64,000 bases of DNA, taken from Actinomycetota bacterium. Its GTDB lineage: Bacteria > Actinomycetota > Actinomycetes > Mycobacteriales > JACQDL01. Within the stretch, counting starts at the first letter, position 1, and each line of letters begins with the position of its first letter. The notes under the pieces were generated by a model. The model saw only the letters and a list, made by a program, of their open reading frames with translations. It ran no database searches and was not told where the DNA came from. Location of the stretch: positions 10,296-74,295 of the forward strand of contig JACQDL010000006.1 of the NCBI GenBank assembly GCA_016201065.1. Reading direction: 5' to 3'. Of this stretch, positions 28,679 to 37,701 are shown piece by piece. Both the position numbers and the translations under genes were made by a program.

Positions 28679-29817
28679 CAGATCACCTCGATCCGGGTCA
28701 GCCACTTGGTCTGCAGCACGCCGGGGCGGTTCGGGGCGATCAGCCGGGCAGGGTAGCCATGGTCCGGGTGCAGCGGCGCACCGCCGACGGCGAGCGCGAT
28801 CAGGGTGTCGGGATGCGCAGCCTGGGTCGGGCCGACCATCGAGGTGCGGTACGGGCCGGACCGCTCCAGCGACCCGACCCGCGCCGATGCCCCGGTCGGG
28901 GCGCCGGCCAGTGCCAGCAGCTCCCGCAGCGGCACCCCGGTCCACACCACGGTGCTGCTCCACCCCTCCACGCAGGCGATCGGCAGCGCCACCGTCCGCT
29001 GCGGGAGCTCCCGCAGCTCGGCGAGGGTGAGGGCGAGCGAGCGGGGCCCGATCACCCGCAGCCGGTACGCCGGGTCGCCGAGGGCGGCTCGCACACCGGC
29101 CTGCGCCGCGGTCTTGTTCACCGGCAGCCGTTGCGGCCCGACGCCGGCACGGCGGGGTGCCAGCACCGCCAGCGGCGCCAGCGGCCGCACGGTCTGCCCG
29201 GCCGAGAGCAGGGTGACGGCACCAGCCGTCCCGAATGCGGTGGCCAGGAACCGGCGCCGCCCCTGGGCGACCCCGGCGGGCTCCGGGTCAGGCTCCGGGT
29301 CACCCGCCCCGCCGGGTCCGCCGCCCGCCCGCCGCGGTGTCAGCGGCAGCCTGGCCGCCAGATGCAGGCACAGCGCCCCGGCGGCCACCCAGGCAACGGC
29401 GTAGTGCGCCGCGGTGAAGGAGAACGGCCACGGGTACCACTGCGCGGCGTTCGCCACCCCGGTGACCAGCTCGAAGATCACCGCCGCGACGAGCGCGGCG
29501 ACCGAGGCGCGCTCGGCGGCGTGCCCGAGCGAACGCAGCGGCGGCCAGGCGAAGAGCCGCGGGTAGACCACCCACAGCTTGGCGAGCAGCAGCGGCACGG
29601 CGGCGAACCCGCTCGCCACGTGCAGCCCCTGGGAGAGCTGGTACCCCCAGGCGGGGCTCGCCGGCAGGTCGAACCAGCCGGGTGGGTGCTGGAGGAGGTG
29701 CGACCACAACCCGGTGAGGAAGCATGTCGCGATCGCCGCGCCCAGCCAGCGTCCCACCGCCGTCGCGGTGCGCGGCTCATGCAGGTCGACGGCGAAACGG
29801 GGACGTGGTGGCCTCAC
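28678..29817 (-). CDS. Membrane-bound molybdopterin-dependent oxidoreductase (sulfite oxidase/MsrP-like domain)
   Basis: N-terminal TM helices with His residues; LPIACVEGWS, DHGYPARLIAPNRPGVLQTKW. Confidence 0.88.
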   Translation of the reverse strand: MRPPRPRFAVDLHEPRTATAVGRWLGAAIATCFLTGLWSHLLQHPPGWFDLPASPAWGYQLSQGLHVASGFAAVPLLLAKLWVVYPRLFAWPPLRSLGHAAERASVAALVAAVIFELVTGVANAAQWYPWPFSFTAAHYAVAWVAAGALCLHLAARLPLTPRRAGGGPGGAGDPEPDPEPAGVAQGRRRFLATAFGTAGAVTLLSAGQTVRPLAPLAVLAPRRAGVGPQRLPVNKTAAQAGVRAALGDPAYRLRVIGPRSLALTLAELRELPQRTVALPIACVEGWSSTVVWTGVPLRELLALAGAPTGASARVGSLERSGPYRTSMVGPTQAAHPDTLIALAVGGAPLHPDHGYPARLIAPNRPGVLQTKWLTRIEVI

Positions 29818-29918
29818 GTGCCGACGGTACGGCGCCGCGGGCGGCCAGGAGCCTTACGGATCACGGACGTGTCGCGGCGGAGCCGGTCGACGCCGCCCGG
29901 CCGTGCCAGGGTGGCCGC

Positions 29919-31250
29919 GTGGTGACCCAACGCAGGTGGTCGGTCCTCGCCGCGGCCGGGTTCGCCGGGCTGCTGGTCTGCTCGGTGGTCGGGTGGCGGC
30001 TGGGTGGGTTGGACCACGCCCGGTGGCCCCGGGCCTGGGTGTACGCCGGGCAGTGGACGGCGTTCGTCGTCGGGGCGCTGGCGATCCGCCGGGTCAGCGG
30101 GTCCCGCGTGGTCTCGCTGATCGTGCTGGGCGGCGCGCTGCTGCAACTGCTGGCCGTCCTCTGGCCGCCGCGCACCACCGACGACTTCTACCGCTACCTC
30201 TGGGATGGCCGGGTGCAGGCGCACGGCATCGACCCGTACCGGTACGCCCCGATCGACCCCGCGCTGACCAGCCTGCGGGACCCGTGGCTGTTCCCCGGAC
30301 CGGGCGATCACACCCTGATCAACCACCGCGCCGTGCCGACCATCTACCCGCCGGTGGCCCAGCTCTACTTCCTGCTGGTGCACCTCGTGCCCGGTGAACG
30401 GCGCCTGCCGCTCCAGCTGGCCGCCGCGCTGCTGGCGGTGGCGACCTCGATGCTGCTGGTGGTGGCCACCCGCCGGACCGGTGTCGACCCCCGGGCGGTG
30501 GTGTGGTGGGCGTGGTGCCCGACCGTCGTGCTGGAGGCCGGCAACGACGCGCACGTCGACGTCCTCGGTGCGTTCTTCTGCGTGGCCGGGCTCGCGGTCC
30601 TGGCGGGACGGATCGGCGAACGGTCCGCGGGCCGGTCACGAGCCGGGCTCGCCGCCGGGGCGCTCCTGGGCGCCGCCGTCGGGGTGAAGTTCCTGCCCGG
30701 ACTGCTCGGCCCGGCGCTGGCCCGGCACCGGTGGCGGTGGGCGCTGCTCGGCGGCGCGACGGCCGTGCTCGCCGGCAGCTACCTGCCGCACCTGCTCGCG
30801 GTGGGGCCGCGGGTGTTCGGTTTCCTCCCCGGTTACCTCGCCGAGGAGCGGTTCTCCGGGGCGGACCGGTACCCGCTGCTCGGTCTGCTGCTCCCCGGAC
30901 CGGTGGCCGCGGTGGCCGGTGTCGCCGTGATCGCCGCGGTGGCGCTCGCCGTCTGGTGGCGGGCCGACCCGGCCCGGCCGGTCGCGGGCGGTGTCGTGCT
31001 GGTCGGCGTGACGTTCTGCGTGCTGGCGCCGGAGTACCCGTGGTACGCGCTGGTGCTCGTCGTGCTCGCGGCGCTCGCCGACCAGGCGCGCTGGCTGGCG
31101 ATCGCCGCCGCGGGCTGGCCGGCGTACCTGGTGGGCTCGCTGCACCTGCCGATCGTCGGTACCCGGGCGGTCAGCTACGGCACGGCCGCACTGCTGGTGC
31201 TCGCGGTGTGGCTGATCCGCCGCCGGGTCGGAACAGTCACCGGCTGCTGA
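29919..31250 (+). CDS. GT-C glycosyltransferase (GT87/DUF2029-like)
   Basis: DDFYRYLWDG, TIYPP, NDAHVD, VKFLP, YPWY; many TM helices. Confidence 0.82.
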   Translation: MVTQRRWSVLAAAGFAGLLVCSVVGWRLGGLDHARWPRAWVYAGQWTAFVVGALAIRRVSGSRVVSLIVLGGALLQLLAVLWPPRTTDDFYRYLWDGRVQAHGIDPYRYAPIDPALTSLRDPWLFPGPGDHTLINHRAVPTIYPPVAQLYFLLVHLVPGERRLPLQLAAALLAVATSMLLVVATRRTGVDPRAVVWWAWCPTVVLEAGNDAHVDVLGAFFCVAGLAVLAGRIGERSAGRSRAGLAAGALLGAAVGVKFLPGLLGPALARHRWRWALLGGATAVLAGSYLPHLLAVGPRVFGFLPGYLAEERFSGADRYPLLGLLLPGPVAAVAGVAVIAAVALAVWWRADPARPVAGGVVLVGVTFCVLAPEYPWYALVLVVLAALADQARWLAIAAAGWPAYLVGSLHLPIVGTRAVSYGTAALLVLAVWLIRRRVGTVTGC

Positions 31251-31270
31251 GGCTGGACCTGGTCACCGCG

Positions 31271-31318
31271 CTCAGATACAGTCCCGTATCCGAGATCACA
31301 TACAGGGCTGTATCTGAG
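31271..31318. promoter_or_regulatory. Double operator: two palindromic ATAC-n-GTAT sites forming a 19-bp inverted repeat
   Basis: ctcagatacagtcccgtat ... atacagggctgtatctgag (17/19 complementary) just upstream of tetR. Confidence 0.7.
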
Positions 31319-31336
31319 TTGCGGAACGGAGCCTCA

Positions 31337-31954
31337 GTGGTGCGACGGAGCGAGCAACAGGCGCAGACCCGAAGGCGCCTCGTGGACTCGGCAGAGCGGG
31401 CCTTCGTGGCCCACGGCTTCGACGTCGCCTCGCTGGAGCAGATCACCCGGGACGCCGGCCTCACCCGGGGCGCGTTCTACGCGAACTTCGCCGACAAGGG
31501 CCAGCTGCTGGCGGCGGTCGCCGAGCGGGTGTTCGCCCGGCACGCGACGGCACTGGACGCGGTCGACGTGCGTGCGCCGGCCCAGACCTGGTTTCGGGCG
31601 ATCCCGCGCCGTGGACCGTGGTTCGCCCTCTGCCTGGAAGCCGTCCGGGCCGGAATCGACGAGCCGACCGTCCGGGACCGGATCGAGGCTGCCTGGGGGC
31701 TGCTCAGCGCGGCCGTCGAACGGCTGGTCGAGCGGGCGATCGCCGCCCACCAGCTGCGCCCGCTGCTGCCGGCGCGCGACCTGGCCGCCGTTCTCGTGGC
31801 GGTGCGGATCGGTGTCCTGGTCGAACGCGAGCTGACCGCAGATCCGCTGGCGCCGGGAACCTACCCGCTGGTCGTCGCCCAGCTGCTCGGTCTGGTCGAG
31901 GGCGGCGGACGCGAGGCGAGCCCCGGGCCGGCGGTACCACCCACAGCTGGCTGA
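31337..31954 (+). CDS. TetR/AcrR-family regulator
   Basis: GFDVASLEQITRDAGLTRGAFYANFADKGQL. Confidence 0.9.
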   Translation: MVRRSEQQAQTRRRLVDSAERAFVAHGFDVASLEQITRDAGLTRGAFYANFADKGQLLAAVAERVFARHATALDAVDVRAPAQTWFRAIPRRGPWFALCLEAVRAGIDEPTVRDRIEAAWGLLSAAVERLVERAIAAHQLRPLLPARDLAAVLVAVRIGVLVERELTADPLAPGTYPLVVAQLLGLVEGGGREASPGPAVPPTAG

Positions 31955-32010
31955 CCGGGTCACCGGTGCCGGCAAGCGCACCTTCCGACAACACGCAGAG
32001 GAGCCACGTG

Positions 32011-34284
32011 ATGCGACATCGACTGCTCTACCTGGGTGGTGTGGCGGCGCTCCCGCTGGTCTGGACCGGCACCGCGGCCTCAGCCGGGGCGCCGACCCTG
32101 TTCGGCCAGGCCGCAGCGATCCAGCACGCCACGCCAAACACCGACAAGTACGGCGTCCCGACCGGCACGGTCACGAACAAGGGCGGCGAGGCGGTCGCGG
32201 TGCTCGACGCCAACGGCGACGGCGTCGACGACTTCGTGGTCGTCAACGGCACCGAGTACTACCACGTGGTGCTCACCCACCCCGGTCCCGGTGGCGTGCC
32301 CACCTTCCAGTCCGCACCGGCCGCGCCGATCGGGCCGGAGACCGACCGGGTCGCCAACCAGGCCAAGGGCCTGGGCACCCACGACCTCGACCGGGACGGC
32401 CGGCTCGACCTGTACTTCGGCAACCAGGGACGCGGCGCCCTGAACGCCATCAACCCCCGCGATCTGGACACCATCCTCGACCCGGCCAACATCGAAGACC
32501 ACAACCGGTACCGCGATCATGGCTACCGCACCCAGCTCGCTGCCGGCGACGGCACCTTCACCCCGGTCGCGCTCGGCGCCAACGGCGACGGTGGCACCCG
32601 CACCGCGGTCTTCGCCGACTTCGACGGTGACGGGCACGACGACGTGTACCTGTCCAACGCGGCCTACTACGGGATCTGGTGGGGCAGCAGCAGCGCCCCC
32701 AACCAGCTGCTGCCGGGACGGGCGGACGGCACCTTCGGCCCGGACCTGCTGCGCCGGGCGGTGCCCGGCGGTGGCGATGTGTTCGCCGACTCCCTGGGCC
32801 GGGCGGCGGCGGACTTCAAGGGCGCGATCGTGCGGGACTTCGACGGTGACGGCCGTCCCGACCTCGTCAACGCGGCCTACGCCGACGTCTGGGACAGCGT
32901 CGGCACGCCGCCGCTGGCGCCCGCCCAGCCGGCCGGCGGGCAGGTCGACCTGGACGGCGACGGACTGCCCGACGGGGGCTACCAGGGCACCTGGTCACGG
33001 GGCCTGCTCGTGCTGCGCAACGTCTCCGAGCCGGGCCACATCCGGTTCGCCAACGTCAGCGAGACCGCCACCGACAACGGCCTGGCCGGCGCGGACCGGA
33101 TGCACGTCTACGTGACCGCCCCCGCCGACATCGACCACGACGGCGACCTGGATCTGCTCGCCTCGGGGCCCCGCAACTTCACCGCCCAGGGCAGCCTGGA
33201 GCAGCACACCGACATGGTGCGGGTCTACCGCAACGACTCCACCCCGGGCACGATCCGGTTCACCAACGTCACGGCCCAGTCCGGGGTGGCGTTCCTCAAC
33301 AACGACGACACCCTGCGGGCGGCCACCGGCGGGCTCTACCCGATCCGGATCCCCAAGCTGATGGCCGACGGGACCGACTTCCTCATGTACCCGCTGCTGA
33401 GCTCGGCCGCGGCGGTGGACATCGACAACGACGGTGACATGGACTGGATCGCGGTCGACCGCCAGTTCACCAGCCGCAACCCGCTCACCGGCAAGGAGTT
33501 CGACCTGTGGGTCTTCCGCAACGACGGCACCGGCCACTTCGACCTCGTGCCGCCCGCCGAGCACGGCCTGCGGCACACCGCCCGCGACCTGTCCTACGCC
33601 GACCTCAACGGTGACGGGCGGCTGGACATCATCACGGTCAACGGCAGCGGCGGCGGGCAGACCGTCGACGACAACAGCTACGTCTTCCTCAACAAGATCG
33701 TCAACGACAACCACCACCTCGACGTGGCGGTCGGCCTGCCCGGCAACCCGTTCGGCATCGGCACCAAGGTCACCGTGCTGGGCGCCGGCGATCCAGGGGT
33801 GATCGGATACGAGGAGCTGCGCACCGACTTCGGGTACCGGTCCAAGCGGGCGCCCAAGCTTCACTTCGGCCTGGGCCCGGCGACCACCGTCGACCTCCGG
33901 CTGGCCACCCCGGACGGTCAGCGGCTCACCGTCACCGGTGTCGCCGGCGACCGGGCGGTGCGGCTGGTGGGCGTCGACGTGCAGCGCACCCCGGGGCTGG
34001 GGGGCGCACCGGCGTACCCGGACCGGCGTCGCGGTGTGGTCACCCTCGCCCTGCTGGGCTCCACCGCGCTCGACGTGAGCACGCTCGGTGACCTCACGGC
34101 GCACCCGGCCGGCTCCACCATCGAGGATCGCCAGATCCGCGACGTCAACCGGGACGGCGTGCCCGACCTGGTCGTCCGGATCCGGCCGGCGGGCTCGGGT
34201 CCGGTCTGCGTGAGCGGGTGGGCGCAGCCGAACGTCGTGGCGTTCGGCTGCCTGCCCGAGACCGACGAGCACGACCGGCGGTGA
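32011..34284 (+). CDS. Secreted FG-GAP repeat (CRTAC1-like) protein with ASPIC/UnbV-like domain
   Basis: Repeated DxDxDGxxD loops; GIGTKVTV...LHFGLG. Confidence 0.85.
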   Translation: MRHRLLYLGGVAALPLVWTGTAASAGAPTLFGQAAAIQHATPNTDKYGVPTGTVTNKGGEAVAVLDANGDGVDDFVVVNGTEYYHVVLTHPGPGGVPTFQSAPAAPIGPETDRVANQAKGLGTHDLDRDGRLDLYFGNQGRGALNAINPRDLDTILDPANIEDHNRYRDHGYRTQLAAGDGTFTPVALGANGDGGTRTAVFADFDGDGHDDVYLSNAAYYGIWWGSSSAPNQLLPGRADGTFGPDLLRRAVPGGGDVFADSLGRAAADFKGAIVRDFDGDGRPDLVNAAYADVWDSVGTPPLAPAQPAGGQVDLDGDGLPDGGYQGTWSRGLLVLRNVSEPGHIRFANVSETATDNGLAGADRMHVYVTAPADIDHDGDLDLLASGPRNFTAQGSLEQHTDMVRVYRNDSTPGTIRFTNVTAQSGVAFLNNDDTLRAATGGLYPIRIPKLMADGTDFLMYPLLSSAAAVDIDNDGDMDWIAVDRQFTSRNPLTGKEFDLWVFRNDGTGHFDLVPPAEHGLRHTARDLSYADLNGDGRLDIITVNGSGGGQTVDDNSYVFLNKIVNDNHHLDVAVGLPGNPFGIGTKVTVLGAGDPGVIGYEELRTDFGYRSKRAPKLHFGLGPATTVDLRLATPDGQRLTVTGVAGDRAVRLVGVDVQRTPGLGGAPAYPDRRRGVVTLALLGSTALDVSTLGDLTAHPAGSTIEDRQIRDVNRDGVPDLVVRIRPAGSGPVCVSGWAQPNVVAFGCLPETDEHDRR

Positions 34285-34340
34285 GTCGGGACGGCGCCCC
34301 GGCCCCGCTGGGGGTCGGGGCTGGGGCCGGGGCGCCGGGC

Positions 34341-37070
34341 TTAGTGGCAGCTCGCCGAGCCGGAGTCGGTGCCGCCGCCGGCGTTGACCGGAACGAAGTT
34401 CCAGCCATAGCCGCCATCCGAGAGGGTCATCCGGAGCACCCCGAAGGTGTTCGGGATGCGGGCGACGCTGTTGGCCGATGCGGTGGCCCGGATCGAGAAG
34501 AAGCTCTTTCCACCGCTGCCGACGATGAGCTCCGAGATGCCCTTGGTCGGGTCGGCGTTGCCCGCGGCGTCCTGCGGTCCGAACCGCTCGTAGAAGTGCG
34601 CGTGCGCGCTGAGCACCACATCGGCACCCTTGGTGTAGAGCAGCTGGTAGATGGACTGCATGTCGGGCTGGTGGTCCTGGCTGCTGGAGAACAGGGGGAT
34701 GTGCCAGTAGGCCAGCACGCACCGCTTCGTGGTCGCGTTCAGGTCGGCCAGCAGCCACTGGTACTGCGGGTTGCCCGGGTTGCAGCCGCCGACCACGCCG
34801 CACTGGCTGTCCAGCGCGATCATGTGCCAGCTCCCGATGTCCCAGCTGTACCAGGAGGTGCACTGGCTGGTGCAGCCCGGCTGCAGCGGGTGCGAGCGGT
34901 CACCGAAGTAGCTGAAGTAGCCCGCCCCCCCGGTGGGTTGGATCGCCGTACCGATGTAGCCGTACTCGTGGTTGCCCGGGATCGGGCGGGAGATCTGGCT
35001 CAGCCGGCCCCAGGACGGGTCGTACACGGCCTGGAAGGCGCTCAGCGCCCCGAGGTCGTACTGGTTGTCGCCGAGCGGTAGCACGGCGTCCGGGTGGAGC
35101 GACAGCGCCACCTCGCTGGTGGCGACCTGGGCGCAGCTCGTCGAGGTTGGGGTGCTGCCCGCGGTGCAGGCGATGTCGCCGGTGGCGACGATCGTCGGGT
35201 CGGTGTTGGTCAGCGTGAACGCCGCGGTCTGCGTCGTGCTGCCGGTCGTGGCGGTCACCGGGTAGCTGCCGGCGGCGGGGCCAGCGGTGAACGGCGGGCT
35301 GACGGCCACGCCTACCGCGTCCGTGCTGACCGTGATCGTGCCGGCGCCGCCGGGGAAGCTCCCGGTCGGGCCGGTGGCGGGTGCGGCGAAGGTGACCGCG
35401 GCTCCGCTGACCGGGACGCCGTTCGACGTGGTGACCGTGGCGGCCAGCGGCGCGGCGAAGGTCGTTCCGGCCAGCGCCGACTGGCCGCTGCCGCCGGTCG
35501 CCGCGATCCCACCGCCCGGCGGCTCCGTCGGGGTCGGGGTCGGGGTGGTCGAGGGAGTCGGGGTGGTCGAGGCGGTCGGGGTGGTCGAGGGAGTCGGGGT
35601 CGGGGACGGCGTCGCGGTCGTCGTCGTGATCACCAAGGTGGGTGGCGTGGCGGCGGACTCCCGGGCCGCGAACTTGTTGTTCCCGGTCCGGGTCGTGGTC
35701 ACCGCGAGCTCGACCGTGCCGCTTCCGGTCACCGCCGGGGTCACGTCGATGGATGCCCACGTGTTCACCACGATGTTCGGGCCCTTCCCGACGACCGCGC
35801 CGATCGGCGGCGCCGTGGTGAAGGTGAGCCCGCTCTCGGTCCAGGCACCCGGCGCGGCGGAGACCACCAGCCCGAGGCTGGATGTGGCATAGGTGTAGAC
35901 CTGGAGCGTGGCCGAGCTCACGGTCCCGGACAGCCCGGTGACCGGGAACCGCAGGTAGCTGTTGATCGTCGGCGTGCTTGCCGAACCCGCCTCGCTGCCA
36001 AGCACGTAGTCGGCACCGAAGTTGGAGTCCGGCAGGTCGGAACGCACCGACGCGTCCGCGGCCACCTTGACGGAGTACGTCGTGGTCGTCGGGGTCGGGG
36101 TGGCGGTGGCGGTGGGAGCCGAACCGTTGGTGAGCCCGAACCCGGCCGACCCGGCCGACCCGGAGGCGGTCGCCGTCACCTGGTAGGAGCCAGCCACGGC
36201 GTTGGCGGTGAGCGCTGGCGACTGGGCCACGCCTGCGGCGTCGGTGTTCACCGTCGCCGCGCCCGAGCCGCCCGAGCCGCCCGCGAAGGTCGCCGAGGCA
36301 CCGCTGCTCGGTGCGGTGAAGGTCACCGGCGTGTTCGGCACCGGGGCGCCGGACCCGTCGGTGACGGTCGCGCTGAGCGGCGCCGCGAACGCGGTCCCGA
36401 CCGGCGCGGCCTGCCCCGACCCGGAGGTCGCGGCCACCGCACCCGGTGCCGCCTCGGTGATCACCAAGCGGGGTGGCGTCGCGACCACCTCCCGGCTGGC
36501 CAGCTTCTTGCTCAACGTCGAGGTGGTCGTCAGCACCAGCGTGTACGTGCCGTTGCCGGTGACCGCGCTGCTGACATCCGCGGCGGCCCAGCTGCCGACG
36601 GCGATGTTCGGGAGGTTCGCCACCATCGTCGAGCCGACCGCGGGGGCGGTGTTCCAGGTGATCCCGGACTCCGTCCAGGTGCTGGGTGCGGTGAAGACCT
36701 GCACGCCCGTCGACGACGACGCGTAGCTGTAGAGCTGGAGCTGCACGCTCGACGGCGCCCCGCTCAGCCCGCTCACCGTGAACTTGAGATAGCTGACGGC
36801 GGCCGCCTTGAGCGCCGACGCGGCCCGGGCGGCCAGCTCGGTCGCCGCGCCGTAGTTCGTGTCCGGCGCGTCGCCCTGCACGTACGCGTCGGCCGAGGCC
36901 GTGACGGTGATCGGTGCCGCCGCCAGGCTCGGGTTGACCGCACGGACCGCGGCCCAGGTGCCGGGCAGCAACGCGGCGGTCACGAGCACCGCCCCCGTGC
37001 GGGCGATCCGGGTCCGCGCCGGTCGCGAACGGCCTGCGGCGGATGAGGTGATGGTCATCGGCCCCTCCAC
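34341..37070 (-). CDS. Secreted modular metallophosphoesterase: 2x(DNRLRE/CBM96-like + Big-1 Ig) + calcineurin-like phosphoesterase
   Basis: ADAYVQGDAPDTNYG...SYLKF and ADASVRSDLPSNFG-like...SYLRF duplicated modules; ATGDIAC, LGDNQY, PGNHEY, YWHIP, SAHAHFYERF. Confidence 0.85.
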   Translation of the reverse strand: MEGPMTITSSAAGRSRPARTRIARTGAVLVTAALLPGTWAAVRAVNPSLAAAPITVTASADAYVQGDAPDTNYGAATELAARAASALKAAAVSYLKFTVSGLSGAPSSVQLQLYSYASSSTGVQVFTAPSTWTESGITWNTAPAVGSTMVANLPNIAVGSWAAADVSSAVTGNGTYTLVLTTTSTLSKKLASREVVATPPRLVITEAAPGAVAATSGSGQAAPVGTAFAAPLSATVTDGSGAPVPNTPVTFTAPSSGASATFAGGSGGSGAATVNTDAAGVAQSPALTANAVAGSYQVTATASGSAGSAGFGLTNGSAPTATATPTPTTTTYSVKVAADASVRSDLPDSNFGADYVLGSEAGSASTPTINSYLRFPVTGLSGTVSSATLQVYTYATSSLGLVVSAAPGAWTESGLTFTTAPPIGAVVGKGPNIVVNTWASIDVTPAVTGSGTVELAVTTTRTGNNKFAARESAATPPTLVITTTTATPSPTPTPSTTPTASTTPTPSTTPTPTPTEPPGGGIAATGGSGQSALAGTTFAAPLAATVTTSNGVPVSGAAVTFAAPATGPTGSFPGGAGTITVSTDAVGVAVSPPFTAGPAAGSYPVTATTGSTTQTAAFTLTNTDPTIVATGDIACTAGSTPTSTSCAQVATSEVALSLHPDAVLPLGDNQYDLGALSAFQAVYDPSWGRLSQISRPIPGNHEYGYIGTAIQPTGGAGYFSYFGDRSHPLQPGCTSQCTSWYSWDIGSWHMIALDSQCGVVGGCNPGNPQYQWLLADLNATTKRCVLAYWHIPLFSSSQDHQPDMQSIYQLLYTKGADVVLSAHAHFYERFGPQDAAGNADPTKGISELIVGSGGKSFFSIRATASANSVARIPNTFGVLRMTLSDGGYGWNFVPVNAGGGTDSGSASCH

Positions 37071-37122
37071 GATGTCGAGCGTGCGATGGCAGCTCGCCGG
37101 CGTTCCGGCGAACTCTTCACGG

Positions 37123-37701
37123 TCAGTCGTCCTCGATCAGCCCGGCCGTGCCGCAGGATCGCAGCGCCGGGTCCCGCCACTGCCAGGCCAACGCGGCCCG
37201 CAGGTCGGCATGCCCACGCCGGGGGCTGAGGTAGGCGCCCTCGACCCGGATCGGGACCGAAGTGTCCGCCGTGACCGTGCGGGGGGCGCCCATCGCCGAC
37301 CGCCACCGGGTGCCGCCCACGGTGAGGTCCACCGCGCGGACGGTGATCGGCATGGTGGTCCCGTTTGTGATCACGCCACGCAGGGTGATCCGGTAGCTGC
37401 CGGCGGCGAACATGGTGCCGCCGGCCAGCGGGGGTTCGAAGACCGCGTCGGTGAGGTGCACCGCCGGCACGGCGCCGCGCGGGCAGACGATCGTCCGGCC
37501 CGCCGGCCCGGCCACCCGGATGGGTGGCGGCTCGGTGGCCGCGGCCAGCCGGGGCGGTTCGGTGTGACCGGCGTGGACATCGGGCCCGACCGGACCGGCA
37601 CCGGAACCGGACCCGAGGGTCGCGCCGGCACCCGTGGCGAGCACGGCCACCGCACCAAGGGTGATCCAGAACCGCGACCCTGGGACGCTGCGCAGGTTCA
37701 T
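37123..37701 (-). CDS. Hypothetical exported protein
   Basis: N-terminal hydrophobic helix; beta-rich domain (LRGVITNGT); two Cys; ATGA coupling to the GH5 gene. Confidence 0.65.
   Translation of the reverse strand: MNLRSVPGSRFWITLGAVAVLATGAGATLGSGSGAGPVGPDVHAGHTEPPRLAAATEPPPIRVAGPAGRTIVCPRGAVPAVHLTDAVFEPPLAGGTMFAAGSYRITLRGVITNGTTMPITVRAVDLTVGGTRWRSAMGAPRTVTADTSVPIRVEGAYLSPRRGHADLRAALAWQWRDPALRSCGTAGLIEDD

Noticed and set aside
32011-34284. Enediyne biosynthetic cluster
   Set aside because: No PksE or other core enediyne genes in the window
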